A stretch of DNA of 64,000 nucleotides, taken from assembly GCF_054482595.1 (NCBI RefSeq), contig NZ_CM137008.1, one strand, 5' to 3'. The notes below the pieces were generated by a model. It saw only the letters and a program-made list of their open reading frames with translations, was not told the origin of the DNA and made no database searches. A program made the position numbers and the translations under genes. Shown piece by piece: positions 18,364 through 31,761 of this stretch; positions within the stretch are counted from its first letter, which is position 1; every line of letters begins with the position of its first letter.

Positions 18364-18750
18364 ATGTACGACAATCTGAAAAGTCTGGGTATTACCAATC
18401 CTGAAGAAATTGATCGTTACAGCCTCCGGCAGGAAGCCAACAACGATATTCTGAAAATCTATTTCCAGAAAGACAAAGGCGAGTTTTTCGCCAAGAGCGT
18501 TAAGTTTAAATATCCGCGTCAGCGTAAAACGGTCGTCGCTGATGGTGTGGGTCAGGGTTATAAAGAAGTCCAGGAAATCAGCCCGAATCTACGGTATATC
18601 ATTGATGAGCTTGATCAAATCTGCCAGCGTGACCGCAGCGAAGTTGATCTTAAGCGTAAGATCCTCGACGACTTACGTCACCTGGAGTCAGTCGTAACCA
18701 ATAAGATCAGCGAGATTGAAGCCGATCTGGAAAAACTAACGCGTAAATAA
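18364..18750 (+). CDS. yaeH: UPF0325 family protein YaeH
   Basis: 128-aa [48 protein letters not shown]... Confidence 0.9.
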   Translation: MYDNLKSLGITNPEEIDRYSLRQEANNDILKIYFQKDKGEFFAKSVKFKYPRQRKTVVADGVGQGYKEVQEISPNLRYIIDELDQICQRDRSEVDLKRKILDDLRHLESVVTNKISEIEADLEKLTRK

Positions 18751-18773
18751 TCCCGAATTGACGGTTAACTCGG

Positions 18774-18810
18774 GCATTCCCCTCTCCCCTTCGGGCTGAG
18801 GGGAATGAGC
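18774..18810. terminator. bidirectional terminator hairpin between convergent yaeH and cdaR
   Basis: Inverted repeat CATTCCCCTC...GAGGGGAATG. Confidence 0.5.
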
Positions 18811-18838
18811 CAGCGCCGCCTCAACCTTAACGCATAAT

Positions 18839-19996
18839 CTACCGCTCTTCATCCAGTTGTAACGCCACATACAGCAGCAACCTGTCATCAAAATTGCCCA
18901 AATCAAGCCCGGTCAGTTCCGATATACGATTAAGCCGATACTCCAGGGTATTACGATGAATAAACAGCGCCTTTGACGTAGCCAGCGGTTGCACATTGTG
19001 ACGAAACCACGCCGCCAGCGTTCGTCGCAGCAAGCCGTTATTGTCCATCGCTTTCAGCCGCGCCAGCGGTCGCGCCAGTTCGTTGGCCTGCCAGTCGCCA
19101 CGCAAACTGTCGAGTAACACAGGTAACATCAGATCCTGATAAAAATAGCAGCGACTTTCTGGCATCCGCTGTTTACCCACCACCATCGTCGTTTTCGCCG
19201 TACGATAGGATCGGGCAATACTGCCAGGACCGGTAAAATAGTTGCCCAGTGAAACGCGAAAACGCAGCTGGCCGTACTCTTTCATGCGGGTAATCAGTTG
19301 TTCAACTCGCTTACGATGATCTTCTGCATCCCAGCGCCCAAAAGAGTTCAACGCCGGTTTCAACACCACCATTTCGGTTAGCGAGACAATCGCCACCAGA
19401 TTATTACGTTCGGGCGTAGTCAGCGCGTTTTGCAGTTGTTGTAACTCCGCCATTGCGCTGTCCACACCAAGCTGACCGCTGTCGACCTCAACAATAGCCA
19501 CCACTCGCGGTTGATTGAGATCGATCCCCAGCCGTTGCGCCCATTCAGTAAGTGCGGGAGTATTCTCCTCTGCCTGAATCAGGTTCATCACCAGTTCCTC
19601 CCGCAAACGGCTATCCTGCGCCAACAAGTGCATCAACCGCGACTGTTCCAGCATCATTTCAGCCGTCATGCAGACCAGTTCGCCATATTTACGCAGATTC
19701 TCTGGTTCACCTGTCAGGCCAATTACGCCGACAATTTCACCTTCCAGCCGTAACGGTAGATTAATCCCCTGCCGCACACCGTGCAGATGACGTGCCACCG
19801 CGTCATCAATATCGACGACTCGTCCCTGTGAAAGTACCAGCAATGCTCCTTCGTGCAATTCACCAATACGCTCACGATCGCCGCTGCCGATAATTCGCCC
19901 GCGGGCATCCATTACGTTGATATTGGTATCGATGATGCGCATGGTACGTGCCACGATATCCTGCGCCATTTTGGTATCAAGATGCCAGCCAGCCAT
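18839..19996 (-). CDS. cdaR: carbohydrate diacid regulator CdaR (SdaR)
   Basis: ORF contains MAGWHLDTKMAQDIVARTMRIIDTNINVMDARGRIIGSGD; start placed at that Met (385 aa); C-terminal HTH (..FIHRNTLEYRLNRISELTG). Confidence 0.9.
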   Translation of the reverse strand: MAGWHLDTKMAQDIVARTMRIIDTNINVMDARGRIIGSGDRERIGELHEGALLVLSQGRVVDIDDAVARHLHGVRQGINLPLRLEGEIVGVIGLTGEPENLRKYGELVCMTAEMMLEQSRLMHLLAQDSRLREELVMNLIQAEENTPALTEWAQRLGIDLNQPRVVAIVEVDSGQLGVDSAMAELQQLQNALTTPERNNLVAIVSLTEMVVLKPALNSFGRWDAEDHRKRVEQLITRMKEYGQLRFRVSLGNYFTGPGSIARSYRTAKTTMVVGKQRMPESRCYFYQDLMLPVLLDSLRGDWQANELARPLARLKAMDNNGLLRRTLAAWFRHNVQPLATSKALFIHRNTLEYRLNRISELTGLDLGNFDDRLLLYVALQLDEER

Positions 19997-20150
19997 AAGT
20001 CCTCCGTTATGCACGGCTTAGCATAAGGAAGTACGTAACGTACGGCATTGTGCAAATGCCTAAAGGATGATGAAGATGTATGGAGTTGTGGTGAAGTTCA
20101 CAGATTGTAAGGAGAACCCCTTCCCGTTTTCAGGAAGGGGTTGAGGGAGA

Positions 20151-21575
20151 TTACTGCATTAACAGGTAGATGGTGCTGTCGCCGCGCTGAATGTTCAGTG
20201 CCAGCACAGACGGTTTGCTGTCGAGAACTTTACGCAGTTCAGCGATGTTTTTCACTGCCTGCTGGTTCGCGCCAATAATCACATCACCTTTCTTCAGGCC
20301 GATCTGCGCAGCCGGAGTGCCCGTTTTCACGTTGTTCACTACCACGCCCTGATCTTTGCCTTTGTTGCTCATCTCAGCGCCTTCAATGCCGTTGAAGATG
20401 GAGCTGGAATCAACCTGATTCTGGCTGCTCTGCTGCAGTTCCAGATTCACGTTGACCTGCTTACCGTCGCGCAGCAAGCCCAGGGTCAGTTTGCTGCCCA
20501 CCGGCATAGTACCCACTTGAGCACGCAGTGCGGCAAAGCTGCTGATTGGCTTACCGTTCAGTGAGGTGATCACATCACCTGCTTTAATGCCCGCTTTTGC
20601 AGCGGAGGAGTTAGGCAGAACCTGGCTTACGAAAGCACCGCGCTGGGCGTCAACTTTCATCGCTTTCGCCAGTTCGGAGTTCAGCTCAGTCCCCATAATA
20701 CCCAGCTCACCGCGTTTCACCTGGCCGTATTCCACCATCTGCGAGGTCAGGTTTTTCACCATGTTACTCGGGATAGCAAAACCGATACCGATGTTGCCGC
20801 CGTCCGGTGCGAGGATCGCGGTGTTGATACCGATCAGTTCGCCGTTCAGGTTAACCAGCGCACCACCGGAGTTACCACGGTTGATCGCTGCATCGGTCTG
20901 GATGAAGTTTTCGTAGTTTTCGGCATTCAGGCCGCTACGCCCCAACGCAGAGACAATCCCGGAAGTTACCGTCTCGCCCAAACCAAACGGGTTACCAATC
21001 GCTACGGTGTAATCACCCACGCGCAGTGCATCAGAATCCGCCATCTTAATTGCGGTCAGGTTTTTCGGGTTCTGGATCTGGATCAGCGCGATATCAGAGC
21101 GCGGATCTTTGCCAACCATCTTCGCGTCGAACTTACGGCCATCGCTCAGTTGAACTTTAATGACCGTCGCGTTATCAACAACGTGGTTGTTGGTGACGAC
21201 ATAGCCTTTATCGGCATCAATGATGACGCCGGAACCCAGCGCCATGAATTTCTGTTGCTGGCCGCCGCCATTACCGCCCTGGCCCCCCTGGCAGAACGGA
21301 GAGCTCTGGAACGGAGAACCTTCCTGGCAGAACGGAGAATCATCACCGAAGAACTGCTGGAAATTACGCGGCATACGCGGCGTATTAACGGTTGTGCTAC
21401 CTTCTACGTTAATGCTGACCACTGAAGGCATCACCTTTTCGAGCATCGGTGCAAGGCTTGGCATCTGCTGGGCTGTCGTTGCTGAAGAAGTCTCAGCCGC
21501 CGTTGCAGAGAGCGGAGATAACGCCAAACCTAAACTCAGAGCCAGTGCACTCAGTGCTAATGTGGTTTTTTTCAT
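20151..21575 (-). CDS. degP: periplasmic serine endoprotease DegP (HtrA)
   Basis: 474-aa ORF MKKTTLALSALALSLGLALSPLSATA... with GNSGGAL protease motif and two PDZ-length C-terminal regions. Confidence 0.95.
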   Translation of the reverse strand: MKKTTLALSALALSLGLALSPLSATAAETSSATTAQQMPSLAPMLEKVMPSVVSINVEGSTTVNTPRMPRNFQQFFGDDSPFCQEGSPFQSSPFCQGGQGGNGGGQQQKFMALGSGVIIDADKGYVVTNNHVVDNATVIKVQLSDGRKFDAKMVGKDPRSDIALIQIQNPKNLTAIKMADSDALRVGDYTVAIGNPFGLGETVTSGIVSALGRSGLNAENYENFIQTDAAINRGNSGGALVNLNGELIGINTAILAPDGGNIGIGFAIPSNMVKNLTSQMVEYGQVKRGELGIMGTELNSELAKAMKVDAQRGAFVSQVLPNSSAAKAGIKAGDVITSLNGKPISSFAALRAQVGTMPVGSKLTLGLLRDGKQVNVNLELQQSSQNQVDSSSIFNGIEGAEMSNKGKDQGVVVNNVKTGTPAAQIGLKKGDVIIGANQQAVKNIAELRKVLDSKPSVLALNIQRGDSTIYLLMQ

Positions 21576-21704
21576 GTATTTCAGTCTCGATTAACAGATA
21601 ACGCAAAATTGCTGTGTTCTTCAGATTCGTTTTATAGCGCGAAGTTCCGAACTAAAGTTTCTGCAAAAGGTAAAAATTTATTGTTCGTCTTTACAAAAGC
21701 CTGG

Positions 21705-23222
21705 TTATTGTTCTACGGCCATCAGACGTCGGTATTCATCCCACGCATAGAGGTCGGTCATACCGCTGATATAATCCTGCAGCAGGCGGCAACGGTAATA
21801 ATATTCCCATAGCGGAAACTCAGGAGAATCTGACGGTAATTTACTGACAGCTTCGACATAGGCCAGCCGATGGCGCGTCGAGAGTTTGTGGAATAAGCGC
21901 GATTCAATAGGGAAACGTTTCACCCGTTCTTTTTCTACCAGTTCAGTAAAGTCTGATAACGACAGGCTTAATAAAGGGCGATAAATCTCTAATAATCCGC
22001 TAATGACCCGATAGCCCTGCAATTCAAGCTGCTCGACATCTGGATGGCTAAACACATGTTTTACAGCGACATTTTTATATAGCTTAAGAAGATCGCTGCA
22101 TTCGCTGGCATCTTCCAATAATGCATGATTAAACGTTCCGGCGAAAATCGCAGGCAGATTATCAATAAATCGTTGTGCCGCGTAGGGTACCAGTTTATTT
22201 AGGGTGTTTACCCGTAAATACATAAAAAACTGATCTTCCGTACTGCGGCTTAAACTATTTGAGCGTGATTTTTCCCAGGCATTTTCAACCACCAGCGAAA
22301 AGAGCGAACCTTTCTCATGCTGGCCCCACGCCTCGTGCAAATGATGATAAAGCTGCTCAACGGTAAATATTCTTTTCTCTACCGCATCTTCAAGATCTGC
22401 CACACAATAGGAGATGTCGTCGGCAGCTTCCATAATCCACGTTAATGGAAAACGGCTGTAAAGCGCCAAATTAAGTTCTTTACGCAACCGGGCAATATAG
22501 GCTTCTTCAGAAAGATAATAACCCGGCTTTTTCATTAAATAGTGATGTGTCTCAGGCGTTTCGCCACGCCACCACGCCGGACGGGTATATTTTAAAATAC
22601 CGCCAACCTGTGCCCAGGTGAGATTCATCCTCATCAATGTATGCACCAGACGAATGCCTTGTGCATTCCCCTCAAAATGACATAAGTCCTGACGAATCTT
22701 GCGCCGCAGCTCGTTAAGCGGTTCTTCCCCGTCCCGTAAACGTAGTGCCGCCACGCTGCAGCGATCGTCAGTCAGAGGCTGGCTTTCGGCATCTTCCGGG
22801 TGCAAACGTTGGCGAAACCAGTCATTTATCGCTGCTTCGCCAAAATGACCAAACGGCGGATTGCCGATATCGTGCATCAGGCATGACATCTCAACAATGC
22901 TTTCAAAAGGTCCGGTCAGTTCATCCAGGCCGTATGCTTCCAGCAATTTAAGCTCTTTCAGACGGCTTAAAATTTCTTTGGCGATGTAGCGCCCCACCTG
23001 CTGGACTTCCATCGAGTGGGTAAGACGCGTGCGCACGGCGGCATTGCGCTCCAGTGGAAAAACCTGGGTCTTTTGTTGCAGACGACGAATTGCCGGAGAG
23101 TTGATGATACGCCCGCGATCGCTCTCGAAGATCCGCAGGATCTCATGTTCGGTTTTAACGCCCTGCGGTGAACGGTAACGACGATGCCAGTTTATTTTTT
23201 TTCGGAAATCAATCTGTGCCAT
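21705..23222 (-). CDS. dgt: dGTP triphosphohydrolase
   Basis: 505-aa [60 protein letters not shown]... (HD domain). Confidence 0.93.
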
Positions 23223-23305
23223 GTCCTCTCCCGCGTGAGAAATACGCTTCCCCGTAAGCGCATGGTAAACTATGCCTTCAAATCGGGCTTATCGCGAGTA
23301 AATCT

Positions 23306-24004
23306 ATGAAAATCGGCATCATTGGTGCAATGGAAGAAGAAGTTACGCTGCTGCGTGACAAAATCGAAAACCGTCAAACTATCAGTCTGGGCGGTTGCGA
23401 AATCTATACCGGCCAACTGAATGGAATCGAGGTTGCGCTTCTGAAATCGGGCATCGGTAAAGTCGCTGCGGCGCTGGGTGCCACTTTGCTGTTGGAACAC
23501 TGCAAGCCAGATGTGATTATTAACACCGGTTCTGCCGGTGGCCTGGCACCAACGTTGAAAGTGGGCGATATCGTTGTCTCGGACGAAGCACGTTATCACG
23601 ACGCGGATGTCACGGCATTTGGTTATGAATACGGTCAGTTACCAGGCTGTCCGGCAGGCTTTAAAGCTGACGATAAACTGATCGCTGCCGCTGAGGCCTG
23701 CATTGCCGAACTGAATCTTAACGCTGTACGTGGCCTGATTGTTAGCGGCGACGCTTTCATCAACGGTTCTGTTGGTCTGGCGAAAATCCGCCACAACTTC
23801 CCACAGGCCATTGCTGTAGAGATGGAAGCGACGGCAATCGCCCATGTCTGCCACAATTTCAACGTCCCGTTTGTTGTCGTACGCGCCATCTCCGACGTGG
23901 CCGATCAACAGTCTCATCTTAGCTTCGATGAGTTCCTGGCTGTTGCCGCTAAACAGTCCAGCCTGATGGTTGAGTCACTGGTGCAGAAACTGGCACATGG
24001 CTAA
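23306..24004 (+). CDS. mtn: 5'-methylthioadenosine/S-adenosylhomocysteine nucleosidase
   Basis: 232-aa [43 protein letters not shown]... Confidence 0.95.
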   Translation: MKIGIIGAMEEEVTLLRDKIENRQTISLGGCEIYTGQLNGIEVALLKSGIGKVAAALGATLLLEHCKPDVIINTGSAGGLAPTLKVGDIVVSDEARYHDADVTAFGYEYGQLPGCPAGFKADDKLIAAAEACIAELNLNAVRGLIVSGDAFINGSVGLAKIRHNFPQAIAVEMEATAIAHVCHNFNVPFVVVRAISDVADQQSHLSFDEFLAVAAKQSSLMVESLVQKLAHG

Positions 24005-24797
24005 GTCACTGTTCAGGGCGCTGGTCGCCCTGTCTTTTCTTGCGCCACTGTGGCTCAACGCGGCACCGCGCGTCATCACGCTTTCTCCCGCCAACACTGA
24101 ACTTGCCTTTGCCGCCGGGATCACGCCGGTTGGGGTCAGCAGCTATTCCGACTATCCTCCACAAGCGCAAAAGATTGAACAGGTTTCCACCTGGCAGGGG
24201 ATGAATCTGGAACGCATTGTCGCGCTGAAACCCGATCTGGTGATTGCCTGGCGTGGAGGTAATGCCGAGCGGCAGGTTGACCAGCTGGCTTCGCTGGGAA
24301 TAAAAGTGATGTGGGTCGATGCGACAAGCATTGAACAAATTGCCAATGCGTTACGTCAACTGGCCCCCTGGAGTCCGCAACCGCATAAGGCCGAACAAGC
24401 CGCGCAATCCCTGCTGGATCAGTACGCGCAATTGAAAGCGCAATATGCTGATAAACCTAAAAAACGTGTTTTTCTGCAATTCGGCATTAATCCGCCATTT
24501 ACCAGTGGAAAAGAGTCGATTCAAAACCAGGTACTCGAAGTTTGTGGCGGAGAAAACATCTTTAAAGACAGCCGGGTTCCCTGGCCGCAAGTTAGCCGCG
24601 AACAGGTGTTAGCACGCTCGCCACAGGCGATTGTCATTACAGGCGGACCGGACCAAATTCCTAAAATCAAACAATACTGGGGTGAACAGCTCAAAATTCC
24701 CGTTATTCCTCTCACGAGTGACTGGTTTGAACGTGCAAGCCCACGTATTATCCTCGCTGCACAACAGCTCTGTAATGCGCTTTCACAGGTAGATTAG
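23997..24797 (+). CDS. btuF: vitamin B12 periplasmic binding protein BtuF
   Basis: ORF contains [42 protein letters not shown]; start placed at that Met, overlapping mtn 3' end by 8 nt. Confidence 0.9.
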   Translation: MAKSLFRALVALSFLAPLWLNAAPRVITLSPANTELAFAAGITPVGVSSYSDYPPQAQKIEQVSTWQGMNLERIVALKPDLVIAWRGGNAERQVDQLASLGIKVMWVDATSIEQIANALRQLAPWSPQPHKAEQAAQSLLDQYAQLKAQYADKPKKRVFLQFGINPPFTSGKESIQNQVLEVCGGENIFKDSRVPWPQVSREQVLARSPQAIVITGGPDQIPKIKQYWGEQLKIPVIPLTSDWFERASPRIILAAQQLCNALSQVD

Positions 24798-24834
24798 CGC
24801 CTGACCTTTTTAGGTGCTCAGTGGGGATTGAACA

Positions 24835-25458
24835 ATGCTCGTCTATTGGCTGGATATAGTCGGCACAGCGGTATTTGCCATCTCCGGCGTTTTGTTAGCC
24901 GGAAAATTGCGTATGGACCCTTTTGGTGTTCTGGTATTGGGCGTGGTTACCGCAGTAGGCGGCGGAACAATTCGCGACATGGCGCTGGATCACGGCCCGG
25001 TATTTTGGGTGAAAGATCCCACCGATCTGGTCGTTGCAATGGTCACCAGCATGCTGACCATCGTGCTGGTGCGCCAGCCAAGACGCTTACCAAAATGGAT
25101 GTTGCCGGTGCTGGACGCCGTTGGTCTGGCGGTGTTTGTCGGCATTGGCGTGAATAAAGCCTTTAATGCGGAAGCCGGTCCGTTAATCGCGGTTTGTATG
25201 GGCGTCATTACTGGCGTTGGCGGCGGGATCATTCGTGATGTTCTGGCCCGCGAAATCCCCATGATTTTACGTACAGAAATCTACGCAACTGCCTGTATTA
25301 TCGGCGGTATTGTCCACGCTACGGCTTATTACACATTTTCCGTACCACTGGAAACAGCCAGTATGATGGGCATGGTCGTGACGCTATTGATTCGGCTGGC
25401 GGCTATTCGTTGGCATCTTAAGCTACCGACGTTTGCGCTGGATGAGAATGGGCGTTGA
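24835..25458 (+). CDS. yadS: UPF0126 inner membrane protein YadS
   Basis: 207-aa hydrophobic ORF with duplicated glycine-rich motif (VTAVGGGTIRD / ITGVGGGIIRD). Confidence 0.9.
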   Translation: MLVYWLDIVGTAVFAISGVLLAGKLRMDPFGVLVLGVVTAVGGGTIRDMALDHGPVFWVKDPTDLVVAMVTSMLTIVLVRQPRRLPKWMLPVLDAVGLAVFVGIGVNKAFNAEAGPLIAVCMGVITGVGGGIIRDVLAREIPMILRTEIYATACIIGGIVHATAYYTFSVPLETASMMGMVVTLLIRLAAIRWHLKLPTFALDENGR

Positions 25459-25467
25459 AGAGAGAAG

Positions 25468-25494
25468 ATGTGCCGGATAGTTTATCCGGCACAT
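25468..25494. terminator. terminator hairpin between convergent yadS and erpA
   Basis: Inverted repeat GTGCCGGATA-gtt-TATCCGGCAC. Confidence 0.5.
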
Positions 25495-25504
25495 GAACAA
25501 CAGA

Positions 25505-25849
25505 TTAGATGCTAAAGGAAGAACCGCAACCGCAGGTGCTTTTCGCGTTCGGGTTGGTCACGATGAAACGAGAACCTTCCAGTCCTTCGGTATAGTCAAC
25601 GGAACCGCCGACCAGATATTGCAGGCTCATCGGATCAACCACCAGGCCAACGCCCTGTTTTTCGATGGTCATATCGCCTTCGTTCACCTGATCATCAAAG
25701 GTGAAACCATACTGGAAGCCGCTGCAACCGCCACCGGTGATATACACGCGTAATTTCAGATTCGGGTTATCTTCGTCAGCGATCAGGCTTTTAACTTTGT
25801 TGGCTGCTGCGTCGGTAAACTCCAGCGGCAGTGCTACGTCATCACTCAT
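25505..25849 (-). CDS. erpA: iron-sulfur cluster insertion protein ErpA
   Basis: ORF contains [22 protein letters not shown]...; C-terminal CGCGSSF A-type carrier motif; start placed at that Met (114 aa). Confidence 0.92.
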
Positions 25850-25930
25850 ATTTTGCTCCAAACGACATCGGCAATTGGGCAAATTCTAACCCAATAATAA
25901 TCGCCATTATCTAATACCCTGGTATTTCGT

Positions 25931-27370
<1,440 letters not shown>

Positions 27371-27576
27371 TCATACAAATAAGATGACGGCATTTTACTC
27401 GCACGTTCCATGAAAATCCTTTGCAAAGCGTAATGTTTCAAATGCACAAAACTTTTATACTCTAAGAAATCAGGATTGCACCAGTACAAGCAGCCTGATG
27501 TTTGACGAGTATTTAACTTGTTATGAATAACATAGAATAGCAGCCATTCACTTTTTCTACGAATCAGGAACCCTCC

Positions 27577-28857
27577 ATGAGTAAGTCTGAAAATCTTTAC
27601 AGCGCAGCGCGCGAGCTGATCCCTGGCGGTGTGAACTCCCCTGTTCGCGCCTTTACTGGCGTGGGCGGCACTCCACTGTTTATCGAAAAAGCGGACGGCG
27701 CTTATCTGTACGATGTTGATGGCAAAGCCTATATCGATTATGTCGGTTCCTGGGGGCCGATGGTGCTGGGCCATAACCATCCGGCGATCCGCAATGCCGT
27801 GATTGAAGCCGCCGAGCGTGGTTTAAGCTTTGGTGCACCAACCGAAATGGAAGTGAAAATGGCGCAACTGGTGACCGAACTGGTCCCGACCATGGATATG
27901 GTGCGCATGGTGAACTCCGGCACTGAAGCGACAATGAGCGCCATCCGCCTGGCCCGTGGTTTTACCGGTCGCGACAAAATTATTAAATTTGAAGGTTGTT
28001 ACCACGGTCACGCTGACTGCCTGCTGGTGAAAGCCGGTTCTGGCGCACTCACGTTAGGCCAGCCAAACTCGCCGGGCGTTCCGGCAGATTTCGCCAAACA
28101 TACCTTAACCTGTACTTTTAACGATCTGGCTTCTGTACGCGCCGCGTTTGAGCAATACCCGCAAGAGATTGCCTGTATTATCGTCGAGCCGGTGGCAGGC
28201 AATATGAACTGTGTTCCGCCGCTGCCAGAGTTCCTGCCAGGTCTGCGTGCGCTGTGTGACGAATTTGGCGCGTTGCTGATCATCGATGAAGTGATGACCG
28301 GTTTCCGCGTAGCGCTAGCTGGCGCACAGGATTATTACGGCGTAGTGCCAGATTTAACCTGCCTCGGCAAAATCATCGGCGGTGGAATGCCGGTAGGCGC
28401 ATTCGGTGGTCGTCGTGATGTAATGGATGCGCTGGCCCCGACGGGTCCGGTCTATCAGGCGGGTACGCTTTCCGGTAACCCGATTGCGATGGCAGCCGGT
28501 TTCGCCTGTCTGAATGAAGTCGCGCAGCCGGGCGTTCACGAAACGCTGGATGAGCTGACAACACGTCTGGCAGAAGGTCTGCTGGAAGCGGCAGAAGAAG
28601 CCGGAATTCCGCTGGTGGTAAACCACGTTGGCGGCATGTTCGGTATTTTCTTTACCGACGCCGGGTCCGTGACGTGCTATCAGGATGTGATGGCCTGTGA
28701 CGTCGAGCGTTTTAAGCGTTTCTTCCATATGATGCTGGATGAAGGTGTTTACCTGGCACCGTCAGCGTTTGAAGCGGGCTTTATGTCTGTGGCGCACAGC
28801 ATGGAAGATATCAATAACACCATCGATGCTGCACGTCGGGTGTTTGCGAAGTTGTGA
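27577..28857 (+). CDS. hemL: glutamate-1-semialdehyde 2,1-aminomutase
   Basis: 426-aa [29 protein letters not shown]... Confidence 0.95.
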   Translation: MSKSENLYSAARELIPGGVNSPVRAFTGVGGTPLFIEKADGAYLYDVDGKAYIDYVGSWGPMVLGHNHPAIRNAVIEAAERGLSFGAPTEMEVKMAQLVTELVPTMDMVRMVNSGTEATMSAIRLARGFTGRDKIIKFEGCYHGHADCLLVKAGSGALTLGQPNSPGVPADFAKHTLTCTFNDLASVRAAFEQYPQEIACIIVEPVAGNMNCVPPLPEFLPGLRALCDEFGALLIIDEVMTGFRVALAGAQDYYGVVPDLTCLGKIIGGGMPVGAFGGRRDVMDALAPTGPVYQAGTLSGNPIAMAAGFACLNEVAQPGVHETLDELTTRLAEGLLEAAEEAGIPLVVNHVGGMFGIFFTDAGSVTCYQDVMACDVERFKRFFHMMLDEGVYLAPSAFEAGFMSVAHSMEDINNTIDAARRVFAKL

Positions 28858-28861
28858 TGAT

Positions 28862-28891
28862 TTTGCCTCGCCCACCGGGCGAGGCATTTTA
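28862..28891. terminator. bidirectional terminator between convergent hemL and fhuB
   Basis: GCCTCGCCC-ACC-GGGCGAGGC followed by ATTTTATT on plus strand and preceded by complementary A/T run. Confidence 0.65.
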
Positions 28892-30874
28892 TTAACGGCT
28901 CTGCTTTCTCAACAAATAGATAAAATATGGCGCGCCGATAAAGGTCGACAGCAGCCCCGCCGGGATCTGGAACGGAAACAGCACCATCCGCCCACACCAG
29001 TCAGCGAACACCAGCAGTAAACCACCCACCAGCGCCGAAATCACGATGTGCGGCATCGTCCGTCGAAAGCCCATCATCCGCGCGATATGCGGTGCCATTA
29101 AACCAACAAAGCTCAACGGTCCAATGGTCATCGTCGCGGTCGCCGTCAGGCAAGCCGCTAACAGCAGCAGCGCAATTCGCGTCGGCGTTAACGCCACCCC
29201 CACGGCCCGCGCGGTATCACCACCCAGCGGTAAAATGGTCAGCCAGCGGCGGCACAGCGGGGTAATCGCCAGCAAAATCACCATCACAATTCCGGTGCGC
29301 CAGACCTGCGCATCGGTGGCGTTGTAGGTCGAACCAGAGATCCAGGTCAGCACTTGCGCCATTCGCGGGTCACCACTCGCCTGCAACATCATTAAAAGCA
29401 TGGTGAATGCGGTACTTAACGCCATCCCCGCCAGTAACATGCGGTGTGGGGAAAATCCACCGCGCCCGGCGGCGATCATAATAATCAACAGCGTCACCGC
29501 GGCACCGATACTGCCCGCGGGTAACAGCCAGCCAAAGGCATTACCCGGCACCAGAAACAGCATTAACACCACGCCAAACGCCGCGCCAGAGCTAATCCCC
29601 AGCACTTCCGGGCTTGCCATCGGGTTTCCGGTCAGCCGCTGAATAATACAGCCCGCCACCGCCAGCATGACGCCCGCAAACAGCGCCGCCATAATTCGCG
29701 GCCAGCGCCAGGGCATTAAATCATCGAGCAACGCCCCGCTCGCCCACGTCCAGCCGTGCGCATCACGACCAAACGACAGCGCCACCACCACAGCCATCAA
29801 CAGCAGCACGCCGCCCGCGAGGGCAAACGCCAGCACATGTTGGCGTTCAGCCGCGACACGATCGTTGACCTTCATATCCGGCGCGCTAATGCTGCGTAAA
29901 CGCGGCAGCAACCACAGTAGCAGCGGCGCACCGATCAACGCAGTGACCGAACCGGTGGACACTTCCATCCACACGCGAGTCAGCCAGAGGATGATTTGAT
30001 CGGAAAGCCAGAGGATCAGCGCACCAATCAACGACGCCAGCATCAGTCGCGGCAGCAGACGCCGCGCCCCCAGCATTTTTGCCAGCAGCGGCGCGAACAA
30101 CCCGATAAAGCCGATAATCCCCACTGCGTTCACCAGCAGCGCACTGATGACTATCGCCAGCAACAGCGCCGCCAGACGCGCGAGCGACAAGGCCAGCCCG
30201 AGATTGCGCGCCACGCCATCATCAAGCCCCATCAGGGTTAACGGACGAAGTAGCAGCAACGTCAGCATCACACCGCCCAGCAACTGCGGCCATAAACGCT
30301 CAACACCGCCCCAGTCGGTTTGCGTCAGCGTTCCGGTGCTCCACAGAAACATGCTTTGCAGTTGGTCATGGTGGAAGATAACCAGTAACTGATTGATTGC
30401 CCCACAATAAAGGCTCACTACCAGCCCCGCGAGAATCAGCGTTACCGGCGACAGCCGTTTCCCCCACGCGACGCCAAAGACAATTAAGCCAACAACACAA
30501 GCCCCTGCCAGCGCAGCAAACTGGCTCGCCATCGCACCAGGGATCGCCCAGAGCGTCGTGACGGTAATCCCCAGTTGCGCGCCTGTAGCAACGCCCAACG
30601 TCGTCGGTTCCGCCAGCGGGTTACGCAGCACTTGCTGAAACAGCACGCCCACCAGCCCCAGGCCCGCGCCCACCAGCAGCGAAATCGCCAGACGCGGTAA
30701 CAAGCTGTAGTGAAAAATCATCTGCTCGATGACGTTAATATCCGGCGACCAGGCGGCCTGCGCCCACTGGCTACGCGGCAGCGCCTGCGAAAAGTTCATC
30801 CAGGTCAGCGCCGTAGCGACAATCACCAGCAGCGCCAGCAATAATGCCGGGAAAAGCGCAATACGTTTACTCAC
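28892..30874 (-). CDS. fhuB: ferric hydroxamate ABC transporter permease FhuB
   Basis: 660-aa duplicated-permease ORF; fhuACDB synteny. Confidence 0.95.
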   Translation of the reverse strand: MSKRIALFPALLLALLVIVATALTWMNFSQALPRSQWAQAAWSPDINVIEQMIFHYSLLPRLAISLLVGAGLGLVGVLFQQVLRNPLAEPTTLGVATGAQLGITVTTLWAIPGAMASQFAALAGACVVGLIVFGVAWGKRLSPVTLILAGLVVSLYCGAINQLLVIFHHDQLQSMFLWSTGTLTQTDWGGVERLWPQLLGGVMLTLLLLRPLTLMGLDDGVARNLGLALSLARLAALLLAIVISALLVNAVGIIGFIGLFAPLLAKMLGARRLLPRLMLASLIGALILWLSDQIILWLTRVWMEVSTGSVTALIGAPLLLWLLPRLRSISAPDMKVNDRVAAERQHVLAFALAGGVLLLMAVVVALSFGRDAHGWTWASGALLDDLMPWRWPRIMAALFAGVMLAVAGCIIQRLTGNPMASPEVLGISSGAAFGVVLMLFLVPGNAFGWLLPAGSIGAAVTLLIIMIAAGRGGFSPHRMLLAGMALSTAFTMLLMMLQASGDPRMAQVLTWISGSTYNATDAQVWRTGIVMVILLAITPLCRRWLTILPLGGDTARAVGVALTPTRIALLLLAACLTATATMTIGPLSFVGLMAPHIARMMGFRRTMPHIVISALVGGLLLVFADWCGRMVLFPFQIPAGLLSTFIGAPYFIYLLRKQSR

Positions 30875-31761
30875 GCTTTACCTCCAATGGCGTTATCCAG
30901 AACGCGCACAAAGTGCATTGCCGAGAGCGTTGCACCATAAAACCAGACTGCGGGTACGCGCTGAAAGCGTCCGGCGCGGACAAACGGCATGGCCTGCCAC
31001 AGCGGCGTTGCCATTAGCGCATCCATGTCTTTGCTGTTGTCGTGATCAAAACAGAGCACATCAACGTCTTTATACGCTGCCAGACGATCGATGCTGACGG
31101 CGGTACTGCCCCAGAAGTTGGTTTCCCCTTGCCAGGCATTTGGGATGCCGTACTCATCGAGAATTTCCTGGAACAAGCTGTTTGGACCGAAGACCAGCAT
31201 ATGGCGCGGATCGATAAGCGTCGTCAGCAATAACGGACGCGCACCACGCTTCACAAAGCGGGGTTTCATGCTGCGGATAAAGTCTTCATATTGCGCTAAA
31301 TGCGTTTCTGCTGCGCTTTGCAGGTTAAGTAAATCCGCCATTTCCGTCAGCGATTTACGCGCCATCGCCAGCGGCTGTTTGCCGTCGCTGAAGTTAAATC
31401 CACGCCCCGGCGCAATACGAGCCAGCATTTCTGGCGAAGGACCATATCCCGCCGACCAGACCATAAACGACGGTTTCATTTCGGTCAGCAGTTCGAGGTT
31501 AGGTTCTGTACGCAAACCGACGTCAATCACCGATTCAGGTAGTGGTGGTTCGCTGACCCACAGTCGATAGTTGATGGTGTCTGCCACGCCATAAGGCACG
31601 ATGCCGAGCGCCAGTAGTAATTCCACCGGCAGCCACTCCAGCGCCACAATACGATTTGGGTCAATAGCCGCCGCGTGGGCGGTATTCATCTGCCATAACA
31701 ACGGAGAAAGCGCCATCGCCGTTAACAGTCGACGGCGCGAAATAAGAGGTAAGCCGCTCAT
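30871..31761 (-). CDS. fhuD: ferric hydroxamate periplasmic binding protein FhuD
   Basis: ORF MSGLPLISRRRLLTAMALSPLLWQMNTAHA...; start chosen at second Met (296 aa); stop overlaps fhuB start by 4 nt. Confidence 0.92.
   Translation of the reverse strand: MSGLPLISRRRLLTAMALSPLLWQMNTAHAAAIDPNRIVALEWLPVELLLALGIVPYGVADTINYRLWVSEPPLPESVIDVGLRTEPNLELLTEMKPSFMVWSAGYGPSPEMLARIAPGRGFNFSDGKQPLAMARKSLTEMADLLNLQSAAETHLAQYEDFIRSMKPRFVKRGARPLLLTTLIDPRHMLVFGPNSLFQEILDEYGIPNAWQGETNFWGSTAVSIDRLAAYKDVDVLCFDHDNSKDMDALMATPLWQAMPFVRAGRFQRVPAVWFYGATLSAMHFVRVLDNAIGGKA

Noticed and set aside
18165-18398. 77-codon minus-strand ORF in the dapD-yaeH spacer
   Set aside because: It overlaps the yaeH start codon, has no recognizable motifs and no convincing ribosome-binding site. 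At most it could carry a remnant of a deleted divergent gene, which I cannot confirm without alignment.
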